Positions 1 through 10,316 of a DNA stretch of 64,000 nt are shown here, one piece after another. The notes beneath the pieces were generated by a model. That model made no database searches. It was given only the letters and a program-made list of their open reading frames with translations, and had not been told where the DNA came from. The position numbers and the translations under genes were made by a program. Origin of the DNA: an uncultured delta proteobacterium (lineage in GTDB: Bacteria; Myxococcota_A; Polyangia; Haliangiales; Haliangiaceae); the NCBI GenBank assembly GCA_963848295.1, contig CAWKDB010000010.1:2816001-2880000 (forward strand), read 5' to 3'. Numbering within the stretch: position 1 is the stretch's first letter; the number at the start of each line of letters is the position of its first letter.

Positions 1-2624
1 TAGGTCTTGACCGCGTTGTCGTAGTCGAATGCAGCTTGGTAGCTCGCCGCGGTCAGGCGCATCGCGTCGAGGTAGTACGGGCTCTCGCGAAAGTTCTTCG
101 CCGGGTTGCTCGTGAACTCCTTGAACAGCTGGATCGCGGTCTTCGGCCGATCGCCGAGCTTGTAGCTGACCGCGGCGTTGTACAGCGCGACCGGCAGATC
201 CGCGTCCTTCTCTGGGGCGGTCTTGTAGAAGCGATAGAACCCCTCGGCCGCCGGGATGTACTGCTGCTTCGCGTAGAAGCCGCTCGCGCGCTCGAAGTTG
301 ATCGACCGGTTCTGGCCGACCGCGAGGTCGATCGCGGCCTTGTCACCGCACTGGTTCTGGATGAACGCGTTGTTCGTCGCTTGGATGCCGTCGAAGTTGC
401 CCTGCGCTTCGTAGATCGTGAGGATGCCGTCCTTCGCGCGCGACGCCGGCGCGATCGAGCTCTTGTCGCGAGGATCGGGCGGCGGTGCGTGACAGAACTG
501 GTCTTCGACCTTCTTGAACCGCGCGATCGCGTCGTCGATGTGGAAGTACGCGAGGCTGATCAGCGCGGCGTTGATGCCCTGAGCCGGCGCGGCCTGCGGG
601 TCCTGCACGATGTTCTGGTAGTTGTCGTACTCGGTCTGGAGCTGGACGTACGTCTCCGGAATCGGCTGCGGCGCCCACGGCTGCGGCGTCGCCTTGAGCT
701 CGGCGATCGTCGGGATCTTGAGCGGCAACAGCTTGCCCTCCGCGACCTCGCGATCCGCCTCGGCGACGTACGCCTGGAGGATCGAACGCGCGGCGTCGAG
801 GTAGTGCGAGTTGCCCATGTCGCGGTGATCGCGAACCCACTTGTACTGGGCGATCGCCTCGGGATAGCGCTCGCTGTAGAACAGCGCCTCGCCCTCGAGG
901 AAGTTGAACTCGTAGATGTAGTCGGAGTCGCGGTAGTTATCGATGAACTGGCGATAGAGATCGACGGCCTTGCCGTACATCGCGATGTAGTCGGCCTTGG
1001 CCTGCGGATCTTTCTTGCTCGACGCCTCGTAGTCCTTGCGCAAGACGCTCGCGGCGGAGTGCGTGTTGCGAGCGGCGGCGTACAGCGCGCGCTCCGAGAT
1101 CCGGCGCTGGCTCTCCATCGCTTCGCGATTCTTCTCGTTCGCGGTGTACCAGGCGGTGCCCGGCGCGTAGCGCGTCGCGAGCTGGCCGGCGGCTTCGTCG
1201 GCGGCGTACTTGTCGCCCTTGAGCTCGAACGCGTTGACGATCTCCTGGTGGACCGTCGGGTTGTGCGGATCGAGCTCCCACGGCGGACCGATCGCGATCT
1301 TGAAGCAATCGACCGCCTGGTCGTACGCCTGGAGATCTTCGAACGCTTTGCCCAGCGCGACCCAGACGTCGCGGACGTGCGGCTCGTTCTCGCGACCGGC
1401 GTAGAACTTCTTCGCGCGATCGAACGCCTTGGCCGGATCGGTGTCGGTCTCGCCTTCCCACGGATCGGTGAACGCGACCGCGATGTATTGGATCGACTCT
1501 TCGCGCAGCTCGAGCGGCGGCGGGTTACCGGCCGCGACGATCTGATCGTAGAGCTTGACGCTGTCGTCAAAGCGCTTGATCGAGTCGAGCAGGAAGTCGC
1601 GCTTGTAGTAGCTCCACGCGAGCTTGTACAGCGACTCGGCGTAGAGCCGCGACTCCTCGCCGCCGTTCGCGACCTTGAGGTAGGCCGCGATCGCTTCGTC
1701 GAGCTCGCCCTGGATCGTGAAGTGATAGTCGGCGATGCCGCGGACCCAGGCATGGCGCACGAGCTCGGGGTCGGCGCCGGGATAGGCCTGGCAGTCGGCG
1801 TAGGGATCGCGCAGCTGCTTGGACTCGACGCGCTTGATCGCCTCTTGGTGGGTCGGCACCGCCGGCGGCGTGTCGGTCCACTTGTACTTGTTCGCGCAGG
1901 TCAACGCGAGGAACACCTCGAGCGAGCGCCGCTCGTCCTTGGTCTTGCCGTAGTACGCGAGCAGGTACAGGGTCTGCGGCGTCTGCCGGTACTTCGGGAA
2001 CTTCGTCAGGATGTCGAACCACAGCGACAGCGACTTCGAGTAGTCGGCGACGATGTCGGCCTGGTCGGGTCCGCCCGGGCCTTGCTTCTCGCGCTCGGCG
2101 AACCGCGCATCGACCTCGTCGTTCGCCTGATCGAGATAGAGATCGGCGAGCTGGTACATCTTGTCCGGCGTGTACTCCTCGTTATCGGGATGATCCTTGA
2201 GGAACTTCTCGATCAACGCGATCGTGTCGGTGTGCCGCTTCGTGCGCTCGACCTCGGTCTTCGCGATCCGATCGGAGTAGCGCTTCTCGAGCTCGCCGGT
2301 GCGGCTGTCGAAGTCGACCTTCGCGATCGCTCGCATCCGCTTGTCGTGCTCTTCGGCAGAGCGCGCGAAGTCGGTCCAGTCGCGCTCGACGCCCTTCAAC
2401 GCCTCCAGCTCTTTCGGCGAGAGCTGGAGCGGCGTGACGTCGGTCGGCCGCGCCGGAGCCGGCGTGCCGGTAGCCGGCGTCGCGGGCCGCGTGCCGAGGC
2501 CGGGACCTGTCGCGGGCCCGTCGGCGACCGGCACCGGGTTCGGCGTGGGTGCGGGAGCCGGCTGCGCATGCGCGACGCTCGCGATCGCGACCGCGAGCAC
2601 CGACCAGCGAACAGCGCGGGTCAT
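1..2624 (-). CDS. Large secreted tetratricopeptide-repeat protein (3' end runs off the window)
   Basis: Missing from the ORF track, apparently because no stop is reached. I translated the 5' part from ATG 2624 (TGATG overlap with the upstream stop): MTRAVRWSVLAVAIASVAHAQPAP... signal peptide, Pro-rich linker, then TPR-like helices (DKMYQLADLYLD, QTLYLLAYY). The overlapping + strand 1092-aa ORF is its antisense shadow. Confidence 0.8.
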   Translation of the reverse strand, partial: MTRAVRWSVLAVAIASVAHAQPAPAPTPNPVPVADGPATGPGLGTRPATPATGTPAPARPTDVTPLQLSPKELEALKGVERDWTDFARSAEEHDKRMRAIAKVDFDSRTGELEKRYSDRIAKTEVERTKRHTDTIALIEKFLKDHPDNEEYTPDKMYQLADLYLDQANDEVDARFAEREKQGPGGPDQADIVADYSKSLSLWFDILTKFPKYRQTPQTLYLLAYYGKTKDERRSLEVFLALTCANKYKWTDTPPAVPTHQEAIKRVESKQLRDPYADCQAYPGADPELVRHAWVRGIADYHFTIQGELDEAIAAYLKVANGGEESRLYAESLYKLAWSYYKRDFLLDSIKRFDDSVKLYDQIVAAGNPPPLELREESIQYIAVAFTDPWEGETDTDPAKAFDRAKKFYAGRENEPHVRDVWVALGKAFEDLQAYDQAVDCFKIAIGPPWELDPHNPTVHQEIVNAFELKGDKYAADEAAGQLATRYAPGTAWYTANEKNREAMESQRRISERALYAAARNTHSAASVLRKDYEASSKKDPQAKADYIAMYGKAVDLYRQFIDNYRDSDYIYEFNFLEGEALFYSERYPEAIAQYKWVRDHRDMGNSHYLDAARSILQAYVAEADREVAEGKLLPLKIPTIAELKATPQPWAPQPIPETYVQLQTEYDNYQNIVQDPQAAPAQGINAALISLAYFHIDDAIARFKKVEDQFCHAPPPDPRDKSSIAPASRAKDGILTIYEAQGNFDGIQATNNAFIQNQCGDKAAIDLAVGQNRSINFERASGFYAKQQYIPAAEGFYRFYKTAPEKDADLPVALYNAAVSYKLGDRPKTAIQLFKEFTSNPAKNFRESPYYLDAMRLTAASYQAAFDYDNAVKT

Positions 2625-5119
2625 CACTTGGACCCTCCCGCCTTCTTCTTCGGATCGTCGGGCTTGACCGTCGGGCTCGTCCCGGTCTTGTCACCGCCAT
2701 CGACTGGCTTGATCCGGTCGCCGCCGCCTTTGCTGCCCGCTTGGTCGGGGTTGCCGGTCGTCGTGTCGGTCGGCGGCGGGATCGACGTCGTCTTCTTGGC
2801 CGCGACCGGCTTCGCGGTGGCGTCGAGGATGTCCTTGAACTCGTCTCGCAGCTGCTTGATCTCGCGCGCGCGTGCGAGGTTCAGGCGCTTGAGGTCGTCG
2901 TCGGTATCTTCTTTTTGCGACCACGCGACGTCGACGCTGCCGACGTCGGTCCGGATGTTGACGTCCGCGAGCTTGGCTTCGACGTCCTTGAGGCTCGCGG
3001 CGAGCACGGTCGTGCCGACCGCCTTCGCGTCGGCTTCTTGGGTCGCGAGATCCTGCTGGAGCTGCGAGAGCACCGTGCGCTCCGCGGCGAGCTCGGTCGT
3101 CGCCGACGCGATCCCGGCTTGCGCGAGCTGCTCGAGCTGCCCGTCGGATTGCTCGAGGCCCTCGGCGAGCACGGTCGCGCGGCTGCCGAGCGCGGCGAGC
3201 GCTTGCGACTTGCTCGGGTCGTGGCTCGCGCTCGCGAACCCGGCGAGCACGCGATGCTCGGCACCGAGCGCCGCGATCAACTGCGTACGCACGGCGCGCG
3301 CCTGCACGAGCTGATCGTCCGAGATCGTCGCCAGGTCTTTGCCGAGCTCGATCTCGTGGCGAAGCTCGACGATCTCGTCCTCGATCGCCTGGGCTTCGCT
3401 GCCGGTGGCATCGAGCTGCTGGGTCGTCGCCGCCTTCGCATCGGCGGCGATCGCATCGGGCTTGTCCATCATGTACTTGCGCATCGCGACCGACATTGCC
3501 TGCGTGGAGTCGAGCGCACTCTCGACCTCGGTGAGCGCGGTGTCCAAGCCGTCGTAGCCCTGCTGGATCTGCACCACCCGGTCGGCGAACGCCTTGTCCG
3601 GATCGCCGAGCGCGGCGTACTGCTTCTCCAGCGCCTGGCGGGCCGCGGCGACCTGGCCGACCTGGCCGGATTGGTCGACCAGCTTCAGCTCGTCGTCTGC
3701 GAGCTGCGAGCGCATGCCGATCAGATCGTTCTGGATCCGCGAGATCTCGGCGCGCCGGGACGCGAGCGCGGGGAACACCGACACCTTGTCGGGCGCGACG
3801 ACCATCGCCTCGAGCAGCGAGATCGTCTGCTTGGTCTGTCCGATCGTGTCCTGGAGATCGCCCAGCTCGGTCTCCATCGTGACGAAGCGCTGAACCGCGG
3901 GCTCGTCGCGCATCCACTGCACGGCCGCTTCCGGAATCGGCGTCGTCGCCTGGAAGGCGTGGCCGCTGCGGCCCGAGATCTGGACGAGGAAGCTCGTCGG
4001 ATCGGCGTGGCCTTCGACGATGTCCTTGAGCGCGAGATACGACGGCAGGTACTCGGCGTGCGTCTGCGCGAAGATCTCGGAGGCCTTCGCGTACTCGACC
4101 TCCGGGTCGCTCGGTGCGCTCGGGCCCGCGGTGCCGTTGACCTGACCGGCGCGGATCATCTGAGCCTTGCGAATGCGCAGGTTGCCCTCGAGGATCCGCA
4201 CGGTCGGGGTCTTCGTCGTATCCGGGTCCGATTGCTCGAGCAGCTCGAGCGCGCGCAGCGCGTGGTCGTATTGCTTGTTCTTGACGTAGACCCAGCCGAC
4301 CTCGTACAGCGCGTCGGGGAACAGGTCGCTGTGGCGATCGATGAGCAGGTAGCTGTCGATCGACTTCGACGGCTGATCGCGCTCGTAGTACAGCCGGCCG
4401 AGCGCGAGCTGACCGAGCTCGATCATCCGGCGATCGTTCGACGTGCGCGGCTGGCGGCCGATCAAGTCGGTGAAGATGTCGGTCGCCTTCGCGAGGTCTT
4501 TCTTCGCGACCGAGGTCACGGCGGTGTAGTAGAGCGCCTCGAGCTCGAAGTCGGAGCCCTTGGGCACCTGGTTGAAGTACGCGAGCGCCTCGTCGTACTT
4601 GCCTTGCGAGAACGAGTACTTGCCGTGGACGTAAGGCACTTGCGGCAGGCGCAGTCCGCCGCTCACCCGATCGAGATCGCCGAGCCATTCGTCGACGTGC
4701 GTGTTGTCTTCCTGCGCGATCGCGATCTCGACGAGCCGGATCAACGCCGGCTGGTACCACTTGCTCGAGACGTTGTTCGCGCTCGCGAGCTGGGTGAAGT
4801 ACATCCGCGCCGCGCCGCGATCGCCCTTCTGGTACTTCGACTCGGCGAGGTAGTAGATCGCCGAGTCGCGCTCGGGACCTTGGAGCGAGCGCACGAGATC
4901 GAACAGCTCGCGCGATGCGGTGTCGTAGTCGCCGAGGCTGAACGCGAGCTCGGCCTCGGTGAGCGTGTGCGATCCGTGGGGACCGCCGAGCTCGCCGAGC
5001 TTCGGCATGTCGGTCGCCAGTCGGCGCGCATCGACTTCATAGCGCCCGAGCTTCGTACCGACGTCGTCGGCGGACGCCACGGCCGGAGCCAACAGCAGTA
5101 CGGCGACTAGTGCTCGCAT
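2624..5119 (-). CDS. Secreted TPR / coiled-coil protein
   Basis: 831-aa ORF with signal peptide, TPR motifs (AIYYLAESKYQKGD, ALYEVGWVYVK), long coiled-coil C-terminus; translationally coupled to both neighbours. Confidence 0.85.
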   Translation of the reverse strand: MRALVAVLLLAPAVASADDVGTKLGRYEVDARRLATDMPKLGELGGPHGSHTLTEAELAFSLGDYDTASRELFDLVRSLQGPERDSAIYYLAESKYQKGDRGAARMYFTQLASANNVSSKWYQPALIRLVEIAIAQEDNTHVDEWLGDLDRVSGGLRLPQVPYVHGKYSFSQGKYDEALAYFNQVPKGSDFELEALYYTAVTSVAKKDLAKATDIFTDLIGRQPRTSNDRRMIELGQLALGRLYYERDQPSKSIDSYLLIDRHSDLFPDALYEVGWVYVKNKQYDHALRALELLEQSDPDTTKTPTVRILEGNLRIRKAQMIRAGQVNGTAGPSAPSDPEVEYAKASEIFAQTHAEYLPSYLALKDIVEGHADPTSFLVQISGRSGHAFQATTPIPEAAVQWMRDEPAVQRFVTMETELGDLQDTIGQTKQTISLLEAMVVAPDKVSVFPALASRRAEISRIQNDLIGMRSQLADDELKLVDQSGQVGQVAAARQALEKQYAALGDPDKAFADRVVQIQQGYDGLDTALTEVESALDSTQAMSVAMRKYMMDKPDAIAADAKAATTQQLDATGSEAQAIEDEIVELRHEIELGKDLATISDDQLVQARAVRTQLIAALGAEHRVLAGFASASHDPSKSQALAALGSRATVLAEGLEQSDGQLEQLAQAGIASATTELAAERTVLSQLQQDLATQEADAKAVGTTVLAASLKDVEAKLADVNIRTDVGSVDVAWSQKEDTDDDLKRLNLARAREIKQLRDEFKDILDATAKPVAAKKTTSIPPPTDTTTGNPDQAGSKGGGDRIKPVDGGDKTGTSPTVKPDDPKKKAGGSK

Positions 5120-5892
5120 TATTGCCCCGCGCTGGCCGCCGGCAGCGGCGTGGAGCCCGGCGTGGTCTGCGTCGGGGTCTCGGTCGGTTTCTCAGGCATC
5201 ACCTGCGTGACCTTGCAATCGATCGCCGTACGATTCTCCATCCGCGTCGTCATGCCACCTTTTTCGAACCCGCGGCACTCGACCCGTGCCGTCTTGCCCT
5301 CGCCGGCGACGAACTGGTTCGAGCCCTTCGCGGTGAACGTGTACTTCGACATGTACTCGAACACGCCGTAGCCATGACCCCGGTACGTCGCGACGGCCGA
5401 CACGCTGTGGCTGCCCGGCGCGATCGGTCCACCGAAGATGTCGAACGACTTGGTCTTGTACAAGCTCTCGGCGGTGTCGTCGGTGCGGCCGAACACTTCG
5501 GTGCCGTCGAGCGAGTACGTCAGCTTGATCAACCGATACGCCGAGCCCATCTCGCTCTTGTGCGTGATCAACGCCTGCGCGCCGACGCCGCCGCCGAGCA
5601 TGTTCTCCTTGAGAATCTCGGTGCGCGCCTTGAGCTGCCACGCGCGTTCCTTGAGCTCTTGGGTCTTCTGCTCGATCCGGCGCATCCGCACCGCGGTCGG
5701 CATGTCCTCGGGCTTGACGTCTTCGGGCGCAGGAGCTGCGGCGCTGCCACTGCCGCTGCCAGCGTCGGGCGCGGGCGCCGGTGCCGGAGCAGGTGCCGGC
5801 GGCGGCGCCTTCTTCTGATTGTTCGGACCCGCGACCACGGTGGCGGCGAGCAGAGAACTCAAGACAACGACAACGATCGACGTGCTTTGCAT
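5119..5892 (-). CDS. Secreted hypothetical protein, first gene of the TPR operon
   Basis: 257-aa ORF; signal peptide, Pro/Ala linker, coiled coil, beta-rich domain; stop overlaps the next ATG. Confidence 0.8.
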   Translation of the reverse strand: MQSTSIVVVVLSSLLAATVVAGPNNQKKAPPPAPAPAPAPAPDAGSGSGSAAAPAPEDVKPEDMPTAVRMRRIEQKTQELKERAWQLKARTEILKENMLGGGVGAQALITHKSEMGSAYRLIKLTYSLDGTEVFGRTDDTAESLYKTKSFDIFGGPIAPGSHSVSAVATYRGHGYGVFEYMSKYTFTAKGSNQFVAGEGKTARVECRGFEKGGMTTRMENRTAIDCKVTQVMPEKPTETPTQTTPGSTPLPAASAGQ

Positions 5893-6073
5893 GGAAGGGC
5901 CCCTTGCCGAACAACGCGTATCTGACGTCCCTCGAACATCAGCATGCGCCGGTGCGGCCGGCGCATTTTCCTTTGGAATGATGCGGTTGTAACACCGGTA
6001 ACGGGGTGCTTCAAGCCGACGGGCCCGCGAGCTCTCCGGGAGCCCGAATTTCAGTCGAATCGGTCACATCGCT

Positions 6074-7075
6074 TCAACGCCCCAGGTGCTTCCACAGCGC
6101 TTCGAGCACCGGCGCCACCCCCTGCCCGGTCGCGGCCGACATGGCGAACATCGTGATGCCCTGCGCGGCGAGCTGGACGCGAAAGTCCTCGACCTCGGAT
6201 GGCTCGATCGCGTCGATCTTGTTGAGCGCGACGACCTGCGGCTTGGTCGCCAACTCCGGTGCATAGCGCTGGAGCTCGGCGTTGATCGTCCGGAAGTCGG
6301 CGAGCGGCGAGCGGCCCGGCCCGGTCAGGTACGTCGCCTCGACGATGTGGAGCAGCACGCGGCAGCGCTCGACGTGGCGCAAGAACTGGTGGCCGAGGCC
6401 GGCGCCTTCCGATGCACCCTCGATCAGGCCCGGGATGTCGGCGATCACGAAGTTGCGCTCGTCCGACATCTGGACGACGCCGAGGTTCGGCACCAGCGTC
6501 GTGAACGGGTAGTCCGCGATCTTCGGCCGAGCCCGCGACACGCTCGCGATGAACGTCGACTTGCCGACGTTCGGATAGCCGAGCAAGCCGACATCGGCGA
6601 GGAGCTTGAGCTCGAGCCGGACGGTGCGATCGTCGCCGAGCGTGCCGGGCTCGAACTTCGTCGGCGCTTGGTTCCACGGCGTCGCGAAGTGGATGTTGCC
6701 GCGACCGCCGATGCCGCCCTTCGCGAGCACGAACGTCGCGGTCGGCTGATCGAGATCGGCGATGAGCTCGCCAGTCGGCTCGTCGTAGATCACGGTGCCG
6801 ACCGGGACGCGCACGGTCATGTCCTCGCCGGCGGCGCCGTACTGATCCTTGTTGCGACCATCCTCGCCGCGCTCGGCTTTGTAGTGGCGGCGATACTTGA
6901 AATCGAGCAGCGACGACATCCGCGGATCGGCGACGAACAAGATGCTGCCGCCGTCGCCGCCGTCGCCGCCGGACGGCCCCCCGTGTGGTACACCGTCCTC
7001 GCGCCGGAACGCGGCGGACCCGTTGCCGCCGTCTCCCGCCTTCACGTGGATGATGGCCTCGTCGATGAACTGCAT
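6074..7075 (-). CDS. obgE: GTPase ObgE/CgtA
   Basis: MQFIDEAIIHVKAGDGGNG, GGDGG Obg fold, GYPNVGKST, YPFTT, DIPG, NKID motifs. Confidence 0.98.
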   Translation of the reverse strand: MQFIDEAIIHVKAGDGGNGSAAFRREDGVPHGGPSGGDGGDGGSILFVADPRMSSLLDFKYRRHYKAERGEDGRNKDQYGAAGEDMTVRVPVGTVIYDEPTGELIADLDQPTATFVLAKGGIGGRGNIHFATPWNQAPTKFEPGTLGDDRTVRLELKLLADVGLLGYPNVGKSTFIASVSRARPKIADYPFTTLVPNLGVVQMSDERNFVIADIPGLIEGASEGAGLGHQFLRHVERCRVLLHIVEATYLTGPGRSPLADFRTINAELQRYAPELATKPQVVALNKIDAIEPSEVEDFRVQLAAQGITMFAMSAATGQGVAPVLEALWKHLGR

Positions 7076-7092
7076 GATGCGCGAGCCGATCT

Positions 7093-8166
7093 ATGGCTGA
7101 CCGCACCCGCGGGTCAAGCGCGTTGACGGTCGTGTGGGCCCGCGCGGTGTTCGAGCCGGCGTCGCGGCGAGCGCTCGGCGTCTGGCTCGGCGCCAGCATC
7201 GTCGCCGCGGTGGTGTTCGGCGGTACCGGCATGCAGCCGGAGGACCTGACCGAGCTCGCGCTCCACAACCTCGGGGCCGGCGCGGTGCTGCTTGCCACCT
7301 GGGTGCTGGTGTTCGTGCCGGTCGCGCGCGTGCTCGTGCGCCAGGACGAGGCGCGCTACCTGCGCTCGCTGCCGAGCTCGCCGATGATCGCGCTCGCGCT
7401 CGGCGGCATCGGGCTCGTGTGGTGGCAGCTGCCGTGGGTCGCGCTGTGGGTCGCCGGCGAAGGCGCGCGCGGTCTGCTCGTCGTGTTCTCGACGACGATC
7501 CTCGTGTCCGCGATCGCCTCGTGGCAGCCGCCGGTCGTCCGCGCGACGATCCCGCGATGGAGCGGTGCCGCGAGCGCGCTGTTCGGGGTCTATCTGCGCG
7601 CGTTGCGTCGCCAAGGCGGCGATGCGCTCGTGCGCGGGGTCGGGCTCGCGGTGCTCGCGGGTCTCGCCAGCGGGCTATTCGTCGCGAACAACGGCTTATT
7701 CGGCGCCCACGCCGCCGTCGTCGGCGCGTCCGTGATCGCGGTCGCGCTCGTACCGGCGGTCGGCGGTGCGCTCGTCGCGCTCGGGGCCGCGCATCGCCAG
7801 GCCGAGGTACTCGCGATGTCTCTCGGGATCGCGCCGAGCGTGCGAGTCCGCGTGCTCGCGCAGACGAGCATCGCGATTTATCTCGCAGCGAGCGCGATCG
7901 CCTCGGTCGCGGCGATCGCGTTCGTCGGCGGCGATGGGCTCGCGATCGCGGCGGCTGCGCCCGCGGTCGGGGTCTGCTGCGGGATCGCGGCGACGCGCGT
8001 GCTGCTGTATGCCGAGGCGTCACCGCAAGCGGCGACGGGTCGCACGATCATCGGCGCGATCGTCGTCGCGGCCGGGGCGCTGATCTACCTCGGCGTGCTC
8101 GGCGTACTCGGCATCCCCGCGCTCGCGGCGACCGCGACGGTCTCGGTCCTGACGAGGAAGTCATGA
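7093..8166 (+). CDS. Multi-pass membrane protein, probable ABC transporter permease
   Basis: Many hydrophobic segments; ATGA overlap with the ABC ATPase; real start may be TTG 7123. Confidence 0.7.
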   Translation: MADRTRGSSALTVVWARAVFEPASRRALGVWLGASIVAAVVFGGTGMQPEDLTELALHNLGAGAVLLATWVLVFVPVARVLVRQDEARYLRSLPSSPMIALALGGIGLVWWQLPWVALWVAGEGARGLLVVFSTTILVSAIASWQPPVVRATIPRWSGAASALFGVYLRALRRQGGDALVRGVGLAVLAGLASGLFVANNGLFGAHAAVVGASVIAVALVPAVGGALVALGAAHRQAEVLAMSLGIAPSVRVRVLAQTSIAIYLAASAIASVAAIAFVGGDGLAIAAAAPAVGVCCGIAATRVLLYAEASPQAATGRTIIGAIVVAAGALIYLGVLGVLGIPALAATATVSVLTRKS

Positions 8167-8777
8167 CCTTGCGAGTCGAACGGCTCGGCGTGCGGCGCGG
8201 CGGACGCACGATCTTGTCCGACATCGAGCTCGAGGTCGGCGGCGGTGAGATCCTCGGTGTCGTCGGCAAGAACGGGTGCGGTAAGTCGACGTTGCTGCTC
8301 GCGGTCGCCGGTGTGCTCGAGCCGTTCGACGGCCGCGTCGAGATCGCGGGCGCGTCGGTGTGGGGCAGCACGCGCGAGCGTGGCAAGGCGCGCAAGGTCC
8401 TCGGCTACGTGCCCGAGGCCGCCGATCCGCCCGGCTTTCTCCTCGGCGGCGAGCTTTGGGCGATGTGCGCCGCGGCGCGCGGTGTCGACGGGCCGAGTGC
8501 CGACCTGATCGCGCGCCTCGGGCTCGATGACGTGCGCGAGCTGCGGATCGAGCGGATGTCACTCGGGCAACGCCGCCGCACGTGCATCGCAGCCGCGCTG
8601 CTCGGGCCACCGAAGTTGCTCGTGCTCGACGAGCCGGACAACGGACTCGATGCCGCGCGCACGGTCGCGCTCGCCGAGCTCTTACTCGAGCACAAAGCGA
8701 GTGGCAACGCGACGGTGATCGCTACGCACGATCGCGCGCTGCTCGAGCGACTGGGCGCTCGCGTCTACGAGATGTGA
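8163..8777 (+). CDS. ABC transporter ATP-binding protein
   Basis: Walker A GKNGCGKST, signature MSLGQ, Walker B LLVLDEP, H-loop ATHD; start taken at ATG 8163 inside ORF 7134..8777. Confidence 0.92.
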   Translation: MTLRVERLGVRRGGRTILSDIELEVGGGEILGVVGKNGCGKSTLLLAVAGVLEPFDGRVEIAGASVWGSTRERGKARKVLGYVPEAADPPGFLLGGELWAMCAAARGVDGPSADLIARLGLDDVRELRIERMSLGQRRRTCIAAALLGPPKLLVLDEPDNGLDAARTVALAELLLEHKASGNATVIATHDRALLERLGARVYEM

Positions 8778-8803
8778 CAACCCGGCCGGGCGTGCACCGG
8801 ACG

Positions 8804-9571
8804 TCAGCGCCGCCGCCGACGCGCGAGCGCAACAGCGGCGAGCACGAGCCCGCCCGAGCCGAGTCCACCGCTGCCGCCGGCCGAGCAGCCACCGTGGTGG
8901 GTCGGCGTCGTGCCGGCATCGCCGGTCTCGCCGCCACCGCCGCCAGCCGCATCGGGCTGTGGGCCGGCATCGACCGCGGCGGACAGCGGCCTGATCTGGA
9001 TGCCGTTGAGCGCGGCCGATGGTTGGCCGGTCTCCAAGCCGGAGTGCGCCGGCAAGTTCCCGTCGGCAGCGACCGTGACGACATAGCGCGCGTAGGTCAC
9101 GCCTTCGGTGTGCGCGCCGGGCCAAGCACCGCCGACGTCGATCGTCGTGGGGGCTTCGTCCTGCCGCGTGCGCGATAACACGCTCGGCGCATTCGGCGTC
9201 CACGCGTAGACCAAGACCTCGTACGTGCCGGCGGTAAAGCCATTGAACGTGAGACACGTCTCGGCGCCGGTCGTATCGAGCCCGGTGTTCAGCAGCTTCG
9301 CGTCGTCGCCGCTAACCGACGCGTCGGCGGTCGTCAGCATCGTCGTCGTGGGCGACTGCGACATCGTGATCGAGGTCGGTGCGCCGGATAGGTCGACGAT
9401 CTGAAACGTCGTTCCTGCGATGCCGGAGATGCTGTTCCACGTGCCGGCCGCGCCCGCTGCGCCATAGGTCGATGCCGGCGCCCCATCGATCGGGCCGAAG
9501 TTGACGTTGATGGCCTGGGCTTGCGCCGTCGTAGCCAGACCAAGCACGCCTACGACGACGGCAACTCTCAT
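8804..9571 (-). CDS. Secreted protein with MYXO-CTERM-like C-terminal sorting signal
   Basis: Signal peptide MRVAVVVGVLGLATTAQA; C-terminus GGCSAGG...LVLAAVALARRRRR. Confidence 0.75.
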   Translation of the reverse strand: MRVAVVVGVLGLATTAQAQAINVNFGPIDGAPASTYGAAGAAGTWNSISGIAGTTFQIVDLSGAPTSITMSQSPTTTMLTTADASVSGDDAKLLNTGLDTTGAETCLTFNGFTAGTYEVLVYAWTPNAPSVLSRTRQDEAPTTIDVGGAWPGAHTEGVTYARYVVTVAADGNLPAHSGLETGQPSAALNGIQIRPLSAAVDAGPQPDAAGGGGGETGDAGTTPTHHGGCSAGGSGGLGSGGLVLAAVALARRRRR

Positions 9572-9608
9572 TCCTGCCATCATAAGCCCGATCCCGGGCG
9601 GATGGGAA

Positions 9609-9875
9609 TTACGCCGCTGCCGGTGCGGCGTAGACCGCAACGCGCGTCTTGGACTTGCCGTGGCGCTCGAACTTGACGATGCCCGTGACCTTCGCGAACA
9701 GCGTCCAGTCGCGGCCGATGCCGACGTTATCGCCGGCGTGAAACTTCGTGCCGACCTGGCGAACCAACACGCTACCGGCCTGCACGAGCTCGCCGCCGAA
9801 GCGCTTCACGCCGCGCATTTTGGGCAGCGAGTCGCGGCCGTTACGGGTCGAGCCTTGTCCTTTTTTGTGTGCCAT
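9609..9875 (-). CDS. rpmA: 50S ribosomal protein L27
   Basis: [16 protein letters not shown]. Confidence 0.99.
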   Translation of the reverse strand: MAHKKGQGSTRNGRDSLPKMRGVKRFGGELVQAGSVLVRQVGTKFHAGDNVGIGRDWTLFAKVTGIVKFERHGKSKTRVAVYAAPAAA

Positions 9876-9880
9876 GACGC

Positions 9881-10198
9881 TTACGCCTCGATCGCCGCGA
9901 TCTTCACCGCGGTGTAGTCCTGACGATGACCGTTGCGCCGAACGTAGTTCTTGCGCAGCCGGAACTTGAACACGACGAGCTTCTCGCCGCGGCCTTGCTC
10001 GACGATCTCGCCGGTGACTTTTGCACCCTTGACCGTCGGCTTACCGACGGTGACGCTACCGCCGTCGCCCGACGACAACAGGAGCACGTGGTCGAACACG
10101 ACCTTCGCGCCCGCGTCGCCATCTAGCTTCTCGACGACCACGGTCTTGCCGGGCTCGACTCGATATTGTTTTCCACCGGTTTGGATCACCGCGTACAT
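9881..10198 (-). CDS. rplU: 50S ribosomal protein L21
   Basis: [14 protein letters not shown] ... GHRQDYT. Confidence 0.99.
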   Translation of the reverse strand: MYAVIQTGGKQYRVEPGKTVVVEKLDGDAGAKVVFDHVLLLSSGDGGSVTVGKPTVKGAKVTGEIVEQGRGEKLVVFKFRLRKNYVRRNGHRQDYTAVKIAAIEA

Positions 10199-10234
10199 GA
10201 GACTTCGCTCCGCAAAGGCCTTTACGAATCGCGC

Positions 10235-10262
10235 ACTTTACTGATCGCCGGGACGTCGTCAA
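10235..10262 (-). promoter_or_regulatory. Putative sigma70 promoter of rplU-rpmA
   Basis: Minus strand TTGACG-16 bp-TAAAGT about 36 bp upstream of the rplU ATG. Confidence 0.55.
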
Positions 10263-10316
10263 GCGGCTTGCGCCGCAGCAAATCCGATCACTAGCCAGAT
10301 CAACGGGTTGGCCGAT

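Noticed and set aside
36..5110. Long + strand ORFs (1092 aa, 853 aa) and similar Arg/Ala-rich ORFs throughout the window
   Set aside because: Antisense or off-frame shadows of real genes in high-GC DNA; no recognisable motifs.
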